Position numbers and translations under genes: made by a program
From: Thecamonas trahens ATCC 50062
Lineage: Eukaryota > Protista > Apusomonadida
Reading direction: 5' to 3'
Assembly (NCBI RefSeq): GCF_000142905.1
Contig: NW_013657633.1
Coordinates: forward strand, 169,154 to 233,153
DNA length: 64,000 nt
The notes under the pieces: model-generated
Database searches by the model: none
What the model was told of the DNA's origin: nothing
What the model saw: the letters and a program-made list of their open reading frames with translations, nothing else
In this document: positions 41,223-50,500 of the stretch, piece after piece
Position numbering within the stretch: position 1 is the stretch's first letter
How the letters are laid out: the number at the start of each line of letters is the position of its first letter

Positions 41223-43799
41223 CTACGGCCCAACCCGCCGCCGCACCCGTGCGCCGGTGATCCGCAGGCCGTCGATCCCATTGTCGTCACCACCGTCGCC
41301 GCCGTCGCCGCCCGCGACTTTGTACCGCGGCAGCGACGACGTCGATCGCGCGCTCACCAGCCCGCGCCGCCGATCCGCCCGCCCTGCGCTCTGCGGCATC
41401 CGCATCACCAGTCCCGCTCGGCGCGGGCCAGCGCTTGCACTACGCCCGCTTGAGCCGCCCAGCGGCCCGTACCTGACCTCGCGCTTCGGCGCGTGCCCGA
41501 GTTTGGACGCCACCGCGCCCCATGTCAGTGGCACGCTTGCCATCCGCTCCAACTCCTCCGGCTCGACCACGATTACGTTGTGCACTTTGCGCCCGTCTGC
41601 AGCCACGGGCTCGGGTTGCGGTTGCGGTTGTGGTTGTGGTTGGGCTTCAGGCTCGGCTTCGGGCTCGGCTTTGGGCTCGATTTCGGCCTCGCCATCGGCC
41701 TCGACCTCAACACCATCGACCTCGACCTCAACCCCATCGGCCTCGACCTCAACCCCATCGACCTCGACCTCAACCCCATCGGCCTCGACCTCAACCCCAT
41801 CGGCCTCGACCTCAACACCATCGACCTCGACCTCAACACCATCGGCCTCGACCTCAATCCCATCGGCCTCGACCTCAACCCCATCGACCTCGACCTCAAC
41901 ACCATCGACCTCATCAGCTTCAACCACTTCCACTGCTGCTCCAGCGGCCCCAGCAGCCCCAGTCCCAGATCCAGCTCCAGGCTTGGCCCCAATCCCAATA
42001 AATTCATCCACGCTACCCGCCCCAGACTTGATCAGCGCCCACACGAGATGGTTCGTCCGGAACGACGATAGAAAGTAACCGACATACCGCTCAAAGGTCG
42101 ACGGCCGCGGAAAAAGAAGCCGAAACCGCCCGCGCCGTGAGATCTGGAGCTCAAACTCGCGGAGGACCCGAACGTCGGCGGCGCTCAGCGCGCCAAGCCC
42201 CCACTCGTCCCGCTCCGCACTCCGCCGCTCCCGCCGGCGCCCCTTGCCCCGCGCCGCCTTGCCTCGCCCCACCGCCATGCCTGCAGACGTCGGCCGCACA
42301 AGCCGCGAGGCCACGCTCCGCCGCTCCGCACGCCCGTGCTGACCGACGTCGTACGCCGTAAAGCCCGCAAGATTGAACAAATCGCACACCATCGCGTCCT
42401 TGATCCGCCGGTCCAGCGCCGTTGACGTGTGGAGTGACGGCGAGATGTTGACTTCGATGAGCCACGGCTTGAGCTTGGAGTCCAGAAAGACGTCAAAACC
42501 AAAGAGTTCGTAGCATGTCGACCGATGCCGCGTCTCGGCCCGTACCACTCCTGCGACCTCGGACTCCATCGCAATGATGGTCTTGACTACAAGATCGTCC
42601 ACACGCTCCCACACCTCATCCCCGCCGATCCCGTGCTCCGCAAAGTACTGCTTGAGCGCGGCCAGCGACCATTTGTGGGCCTGGCTCTCGTCGCTCCCGC
42701 CGTCCGACTCGCTGCCAGACTCGCTTCCGGCCTCCGCGCCCGCTGCCTTGTACTCGGTGTTGTGCTTGTTGACAGAGTAGTTGGTTAGGTGCATGAACCG
42801 GTTCGACCACGAGTCCGCCCCTGGCGCGTACTTGACCGTCGCAAACCGCACAAGCCCGTCGTCAAAGAGGTACACAGTCAGCGGATTGACAGACATGACC
42901 GCCACATACAGCCGGATGTCAAACTTGGTCCCGTTGATCAGCAGCGGGCTCTTGATGTACCGCTGCACAATGCAAGACTTGCCGGACGGCACCTCGGACG
43001 CCCGCGAAATAACCTGGATCCCATTTCCACGCGCCGATGCTCGCGGCTTGACAATCCACGGCGTCCCACCCTTGAGCGTCCGCATCTTGCGCCGCAGGGA
43101 CGCCTCGCCCTGCGGCAACAGGTAGGTCAGCGGAAAGAACGCATAATCGCCGCCAGGATGCGCAGACGCCATCCGCCGCAGCGTGAGGTACAGGCGGTCC
43201 TTCCGTCCGATCGCAGACGAGCCCGGCAAGTGGTTGATCCGCGTAAACTGCGAGACTTTGCGGTGGATGCCGTCCTTCCGCCGTGGGCCCCACGTTCCCA
43301 GCCACGCCCGCGACGTCCGCTTCACAACCTGCACCCCTGCCCTCATCATTGCACGCTTCACCACGTGTGGCGTTTTGCGCGTCGCCAGAAAAACCATCGA
43401 CCGCCGCAGCCGCTTCGGCATCCCGGCACGCTCCGCTGCACCCACCGCCGCCGCGTCGTCCTCGCCGCCGCTCGCGCCCTCGCCCTCATGCTCAAACGTG
43501 AGCAGCGCCACAGGCAGGCCGGGCATGTTCACTGCAGGTAGCGCCGTCGTCAGCATCGCCTCCCTGGGCGCAGGCGTCTCCTCCAACGAGTGCAGCACCC
43601 GGCGGCCGCCCTGTTGGCCCACAGTGCCCGTCGCCGCATGCTTGGCCTGCGCCTCCTCTGACTCGCCGCAACTCCTCCGCCCACTCCCTGTTCCGGCACC
43701 ACCGTCGCACCCCGAGTGCGAGGACTCTGTGCCCGACTCGCTCTCCGAGCCCAGGCCCCACCTCGGTTCCGTGTCGTCCACCTCTGACTGCGCTGCCAT
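41223..43799 (-). CDS. TTLL4: Tubulin polyglutamylase, TTLL4-like
   Basis: INHLPGS..IGRKDRL, WIVKPRASARGNGI, VQRYI..PLLING.KFDIRLYV, HLTNYSVNK, YELFGFDVFLD..LKPWLIEVNISPSL. Confidence 0.92.
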   Translation of the reverse strand: MAAQSEVDDTEPRWGLGSESESGTESSHSGCDGGAGTGSGRRSCGESEEAQAKHAATGTVGQQGGRRVLHSLEETPAPREAMLTTALPAVNMPGLPVALLTFEHEGEGASGGEDDAAAVGAAERAGMPKRLRRSMVFLATRKTPHVVKRAMMRAGVQVVKRTSRAWLGTWGPRRKDGIHRKVSQFTRINHLPGSSAIGRKDRLYLTLRRMASAHPGGDYAFFPLTYLLPQGEASLRRKMRTLKGGTPWIVKPRASARGNGIQVISRASEVPSGKSCIVQRYIKSPLLINGTKFDIRLYVAVMSVNPLTVYLFDDGLVRFATVKYAPGADSWSNRFMHLTNYSVNKHNTEYKAAGAEAGSESGSESDGGSDESQAHKWSLAALKQYFAEHGIGGDEVWERVDDLVVKTIIAMESEVAGVVRAETRHRSTCYELFGFDVFLDSKLKPWLIEVNISPSLHTSTALDRRIKDAMVCDLFNLAGFTAYDVGQHGRAERRSVASRLVRPTSAGMAVGRGKAARGKGRRRERRSAERDEWGLGALSAADVRVLREFELQISRRGRFRLLFPRPSTFERYVGYFLSSFRTNHLVWALIKSGAGSVDEFIGIGAKPGAGSGTGAAGAAGAAVEVVEADEVDGVEVEVDGVEVEADGIEVEADGVEVEVDGVEVEADGVEVEADGVEVEVDGVEVEADGVEVEVDGVEVEADGEAEIEPKAEPEAEPEAQPQPQPQPQPEPVAADGRKVHNVIVVEPEELERMASVPLTWGAVASKLGHAPKREVRYGPLGGSSGRSASAGPRRAGLVMRMPQSAGRADRRRGLVSARSTSSLPRYKVAGGDGGDGGDDNGIDGLRITGARVRRRVGP
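41692..41912 (-). repeat. 21-bp coding minisatellite, about 10 copies, encoding (DGVEVE[VA])n
   Basis: ccatcg(a/g)cctcgacctcaa(c/t)(a/c) units. Confidence 0.95.
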
Positions 43800-44220
43800 C
43801 CCCAGCCTCACCGAGTGATGTGTCTTCAACTCCGCGCCCGGCTGCCACCCGACGCCCGACTCTGCGACCGGTCTGAGACCCTTCCAGACGTACCAGGCCA
43901 ATCAATGCAACGATGCGTACCCACACACTCTGTCCAGGCTACGATGGCTTGCCATGCGCCATTCCTGGCCACGCGGCGCCAAGAGCGTCCCATTTGCCAG
44001 TGCCCGATGGCATGGATCCGGTCATGGACGACGGTTTTCCCTCTCGCCTCCTTTCCTCTCGCCACGATCAATACACGACAATGCAGTTACAGATAGTCCA
44101 TGTTGTTACTTTGAGATCACGCATCTTTGTGTATCCACAGCATCCGCAACGCGTGCGCCAGAGGCAGAGTTGTGCGCCTGAGAGTTGTTTCGAAATCTGG
44201 GCTATATAGAACACCTGTAG

Positions 44221-44340
44221 TCTGAACTATATAATTATATAAACATAACTATATAAACATATGATTATTTATTCAACACGCGAATATCCTAAAATGTCAT
44301 TTTAATCACAAAGTAAAATATATAAAATGAATATATACGC
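44221..44340. other. AT-rich island (about 80% AT) between divergent TTLL4 and ankyrin genes
   Basis: 24 G+C in 120 nt by hand count; TATATAAACATA repeated twice. Confidence 0.9.
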
Positions 44341-44508
44341 GCGTTTGGGGCCCATGTTCAACGTTTTTTTGCTCTTTGAAGCAGGCCCTTTCCTCCATTC
44401 CTTCTTTCCTTCCGACACCCCGCACCTGCTTGAGTCCTCCCCACCCTTTCTTCCTTCCTTCTTCACCCTGCACCCCTTCCTTCCACACCGCTCGCCACAC
44501 CCTCGCCC

Positions 44509-47500
44509 ATGCCCGCCCTCCTCTCCTCTCCCCCTCCTTCCCCCGCTCCACCGCCCTACTCCCTCGACACAGCCTCCCTCCACCTCCCGCACCCTCCTCC
44601 ACACACCCCGCTCACGCTCTCGCTCACCACCCCCGACTCATCGCCGGCTTCCCTCCCTCTCTATGTTTGGATCGATTCAGCCGACTCCTCGACTCCGCTG
44701 CCGGCGCCGTCGCCTGTTCCAGCGCCAGCACCCGACGGCGTCATCCGTCTCGCCCTTCCGCCCCTCCCGCCGCGGGCCGCATGTACTCTCCATGCACGCC
44801 TTGGCTCGGTCTTTGGCCCGCGGCTGCCGGGCACTCCGCTCGCCTTTACCGTCGCCGCCGAGCCCAATGCCAGCTCGTCTCCGCCATCGTCGCCGTTGCC
44901 GTCGTCGCCGCCCGCGATCCCGGCCTGGGATGCATCCCCGGACACTCTGCACGCCCGTCACAAGGCCCGTCGCGCCCGCATGCGCGCCGCCGTCGCCGCG
45001 GATGCCTCCGTATCCGCGCGCGCCGCCCGCCTCGCCTGCTCCCGCACAAACTACGACAGCAAGGCTGCAGCGCTTGAGTGGCTTGCCGCCCGTGCCGCAG
45101 CCCCGCCCTCGCTTCCACCGCTCCCAGCTGCCGTCTCGGTCACCATCGTCGCCGACGGCCACTCGGCCGCCCTCCCGCTCGCCGTCATCCACGACATCGA
45201 CCCGGCAGCGTCTCTTGCAGACATCCGCGCCGCCGCCCTCACCGCAAACCCGCTTCTTGCCTCGGCGGTCTTTGTCAACCGCTCCGTCGCCCGCTCTGCT
45301 GCTATTGTTCCGCTCGCCTCCGAGCCTGGAACCCCCGCCGCCTCGCTCTTCCCGGTCTGGCGCTGCTACCGCTACCATGCCGCAGCCGCGACTGCTTCGC
45401 CATCGCGCCGCTCACCAGCTGAGCGCTGTTGGGGTCCTGCACATCTACTGCATCACTCAACTTGCCCGCGCGCAGCCCCGCTTCCACCTTCCGACGACAT
45501 GGTCTGGGATCCGGACGCCTCGCCCTGTCGCGTTGCTGCCGTGGTTGTCACCTTTCCTCAAGACACCCCGCCTCATGCCGGCCACCTCCTTGCTGATGCC
45601 GTCCGCCTCGTTGACGTCGACGCTGCCGCCGCGCTCATCGCTCGGCTCTCGCCCGCTGAGCTTGCTGCCGCTCTCTCCTGGCGCGACATTGCCGGCCTCA
45701 CCCCGCTCCACGTCGCCCTCACCCCACGTTCTATGACCGAGGCCGCCCGCGCAATGGCCCACGCGTCACCGGCCCGTCCCGCGCCTCGCGCACACCTCTC
45801 GTTTTCGTCGTCATCGTCGTCCGGTGATGACGAGCTCCTCGAGCTCCTCGACGCCGACAGCCCGTCGCCAAGCGACACAGCATCACTGCCCGGCGCCTCG
45901 GCCTCGGGTCCGAGCCCCCTCGTCGACGTCGTCGCCCTCGTCGAGCGCATGGCCGCCCTCGTCACGGTCCTTCTCGATGCCCTCGCATCGCTCCCGCCCC
46001 TCCTCGCTACTGCCGTTCTCGCCACCAAGGATGCATCGGGCCGGACTCCGCTGCACATGGCTGCCGTCGCAGGCCATCCTGCTGTTCTTGCTGCCTTTGG
46101 CATTGCTGTGAACTCGCCCTCGCCACTCGCACCTCTCCTACCCGTCGCGCTTGCCGCCACAGATGCTACCGGAGCCAACCCACTCCATGCCGCCCTCTAC
46201 GCCGGTTACTCTGACCTCTATCCGAGCCTCCTCGCTGCAGCCGGACCTCAAACAGCCAGATCGATTGCTCTTGCCGAAGACATCCACGGCCACTCTCCAC
46301 GCTCGCTCTTTGCAGCTGCCGTTGGCGACCTGGTCGCCGCCGCAGGCACCGGCGACGACGCCCTCCTCGCCCAGCTCCTTGCCACAGAACAGCTGGTCGG
46401 CGAAGTTGACACCTCCATCGCAGCCCGCGACGCGCTCGAGCGCACTGCCCTTCACGCTGCTGCTCTCTCCGGCTCTACTGCCTGTGTCAAGGCTCTCCTA
46501 GCAGCTGGCGCAGCACCAGACACCTGCGACTGGCGCCACGACACCCCGCTTCATCTTGCCGCAGGCCAAGGCCACGAAGACGTCATCGCTCTCCTCCTGA
46601 ATGCCCCAGCCGGAGCAGACATCGCTTCTCTGCCCAACGCCGCCGGCCGCACCCCGCTCCACGAGGCCGTCTATGCGAATCACGTTCACGTCATTGACCT
46701 TCTTGCCTCTGCCTCTCCCGCGGCTCTCGCCGTCTTCGACAACATCGAGCACGCTCCGCTCCACGCCGCCTGTGCCGCCGGCTCCCTCGACCTTGTCTCT
46801 GCACTCGTCGAGTCTGGCCATGCAGACATCAACGCCCGCGCGCCGCTGTCCTCATCACCGCCCTTGTCACCGCACCGCCCAAAGATGCCTGCCCGCCTCC
46901 GCAAGCACCTCGCGAGCTATGCACCACCGTTGCCGTCACGCTGCCCGGCTCCGTCTTCTGGCCCATCGCCGCTTGCTGTCGCTGTCGCCGCGGGCCACGG
47001 CGTCGTTGTCAAATACCTCCTCGAGCACCGCGCTCACATCCGTGTCCGCGACGCCCACGGCTGCTCGCTCTTTCAGCTCGCCTGCCGCAGAGGCCACCTC
47101 CGCATTGCTTCGCTTCTTGCCTTCCACACTGCAGACCCTCACGTTTTGGTGGCCACCTCGACCTCCTCGGCCCGCCTTTCGGCCTCGTCGCGGTCCCTTG
47201 GCCTTCACTCGGCCTCTCCGTTCCGCTCCGACTCGCTCCATGCCTCTTGGTCGCCCGGCTCTGACCAGTCCTCGCTCCGCGCTCAGCTCCGCGACGTCAA
47301 CGCCGCGCGCGCCGCAAACTCCGCAAACTCGGCTACCCCGCTGCAAGTCTCTGCACAGGTCCACGCCCTCGATCGTTCCACCCCAAGCAAGGTCTGTCCC
47401 ACCTCGCGTGCCGCCCTCGCCATCCTTCTTCCCGCGCGCGACATCCCCATTTGGGCTAGCTTTCTTCACGCCGAGCTCGCTGCTGGCAACCTCCCACTCT

Positions 47501-50500
47501 TTTCGCTTCTCTTCTCTGTCGGCTACACCCTTGCCCAATCCGATCTTGCTGTTGCCGCCGCAGCCGGTCACCGCTCACTCGTTGCCCTCTGCATTCGTGC
47601 TGCGCACAACTCGCTCACCCCCGCCGCACTCGATGACGCCCTCATCGCAGCCGCAGCTGCCGGACATGTTGACGTCCTCGACGAGCTCATTGACGCCCCG
47701 CTCTTTGCTGCCGTCGCCGACTCGACGCCGGCCCTCCGCGCAGCGCTACGCGCATCCCGTCCTGACGCCGCTTCCCGCCTCTTGACTGCAGGCGTCCCCG
47801 CTGTCTACGACAAAGACGTTGCTGACCATCCGCTTGTCCTTGCTATCACACATGGCGAACTCGCGCTCGCCAGCCTCGTTCTCAACCATCCCAGCCTCGT
47901 TCTTGACGCGCCCGCTGCGGCAACCGCAATCGTCTATGCCTGCGCCCGGGCCATGGACGATCTCGTTGTCGCCCTCGCCAACGGTGGCGTCTCGCTTCAG
48001 GCCCGCCTCCCTCTCCCGACATCCGTCTCTCTCCTTGCCTCGGCCTCTCAGTTTGTTGGCGATGAGGCTCCCGTCGGTATTGTTCCCATCCTCGTCGCCC
48101 GCAGACGGTATGATGTCTTTACCGCCCTCGCCTCGGCCTTTCCGTCCCAGCTCACTCCAGACTTTGTTGTCTCCAGCCTCGATATCTCCGCTCTTATCCA
48201 CCACGAGGCACTTCCGTTTCTCGCATGGCTCCTTGCTCGCTCCAACCCCAGCACGCTTGCCCTCCCCAACGATCCGTCGTTTGCCGTCTACGCCACTCCC
48301 AACGCCACTCTTCCTGCCGAGCCCCATGTTGATCGCCATTCGGCTGAGTCGCTCGTTGCTCCCGTCGCCGCAGCTTGCATCGCTCCTGGCACCATCACTC
48401 CTGTTGTGCCCGTCGCCCTTGCAGTTCTCGACCTCGGCTCCACCCCCTGTCTCGGCTACACCGCCTCCCGCAAGGAAGCACGCAACGCCATCCGTGCTCT
48501 TCTCCGCCTATCCACCGACATCGCTCTCGCCGTCCTCGGCACTGCCACTTGGCTCCACGCCGCGCTCCTCGTCGGCGACGTCGACTCGGCAAGCCTCCTC
48601 ATCGACCTCGGCCTCGCACCCTTGGACTCGAGCGTCTTGCTCATCATCGCTGCAACAGCCGCTCCAGACCGAGCCTGCCTTGACCTGCTCGACCGCCGCG
48701 GCCTCCATCGACTCGAGCTCTCACCCGACCCGGACGAGCTCAATACCTTTGTCCATGCCACCGAACACGCTATTGTTCTCGCTGCTCATCACGGCAACAC
48801 TGACGGCCTCCGTCGCGCCCTCGATATCTACTCGAGCCTCTGGTCCTTTGAGCACATTGGCGCCACCAGGTTCTCCGCCGGCGCCCTCCGAGCTGCCTTT
48901 TCCTCCGTCTTTGCTGCCGCGCCATCACTCAGCAGCGACCGCCAGCGCCGGGCTGGCGACGACGACGCCGTCCTTGCCTGCTGCGACATCATCATCTCCT
49001 ATGCTGTGCAGGAGCTCCACGCCGACTTTGCGCCCGCAGCCTCAGTCACTGCCTTTTCTTTGCCGCACCTGTGGTCCTTCTCTCCACTCGCCGTCCTCCT
49101 CTGCTCCGCCCAGCCGCAGCCGCTCGCCTTTGCCCGCATTCGGTCGCCGCGGGCCGAAGACCTGGCCTGCCGCCTCTGGGCTCACACTCAGCCGCAGGAC
49201 TTCTCGCAGGCTGCCTATCTTGCGCTGAGCGACGTCATCGCCCTTGCCGCCAGCGCAGGCTGGCACGTTCTCCTCAAGCTCGTCATTGTCGACACCCAGT
49301 GGTCGTCGCAAATCCTCACCCTCGGCGCGAGCAGCCCGATCCTGCCGCGCCCTCAGCGCCGAGCCTTGGACCTCGCACTCGGCCGCGAAGCCCTGGCTGT
49401 TGTCGCGGACTTGGCACCGTGGATAGAAGTCAACTTCGTGGACAACGTCGAGACACTCACCGAGGCCGCCATCGTCATCCGCCCCGTTCCTGGCTTTAAG
49501 CCGCCCATGATCCACGACCGTATCTATGTCGTCGAGCAGCTTTCAAGAGTTTTGCCGGCCTCTATCGTTCTTGACGACGACGACGACGACGACGACGACG
49601 ATGATGACAACGAAGAAATTGAGGTCGCCAGGCTTGCCCTTGGAAATACCATGCACACACTCGGCGTTTGGGGTCTCGCAAAGGCTCATCGCAAGTGCTC
49701 GGCCCTTCTTGAGCACATGCTCGCCAACGGCCAAGTCCGCGGTTCGGCGTGCTCGATTGCGCTGCATCCGCTTGTTGTTGGCGGCCGCCTCCCGCTCGTT
49801 GTCCAGATGCTCGCCGCCGGCGTTCCGGGCGGGCCCAATCTTCGCGACGCTCTCAACTCGTTTACTCGTGACGAACCCGGCATGGTGGGCATGCGCCAAA
49901 AGCTGGTCCGGCTGCTCTCGCTCATCGGCGGCTGGTCGGGCACTGTCTCGCAAGCCGCACTTCCGCTCATTGCTCGTCGAGCGCCCCTTGCCCCCATCGC
50001 CGCCCTCGGCATTGCCACCCTCGCTGACCTCGAGCCTGCTGCAGGATCGCAAGTCGTTGCTGGCTGGTCCATGCTCCACCAACTCGCAATCGAAGGCAAC
50101 GACCGCATGCTACAGATGGTTGTTGACGCTCTTGGCCGCGAGCGCGCCCAAACCGAGGCCTGTGCCACTGCCTCCAACGGGCTAACCCCGCTTGCCGCCG
50201 CCATGCTTGGCGGTCATCCGGCCTCTGCCCTTGTCCTGGAGCCGCACTGCTCTGACCTGCATCTCCTGGGCGAGGCGGCCGCCACTGGCCTTGCGACCTC
50301 CATCGCGCCTGACATGATCGCCGTTGTTTCCCGGATGCTTGCCCGCACTGGACCAGCCGGCCTCGCATGCGCGGCTTCCCCGCTCGCAGGCGTCTTGCTC
50401 TTTGGCGAAGACGATGCGACCGCAGACCTCGCCGAGCACGTGATTAAGCCGACTTTGGTCCACATTGCTGCAGCCCTCGCTCAGACTGGCATCCTCGCAC

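Noticed and set aside
41692-41912. Regular repeats resembling a CRISPR array (also 55632-55729)
   Set aside because: Head-to-tail tandem repeats with no unique spacers, no cas genes, eukaryotic context
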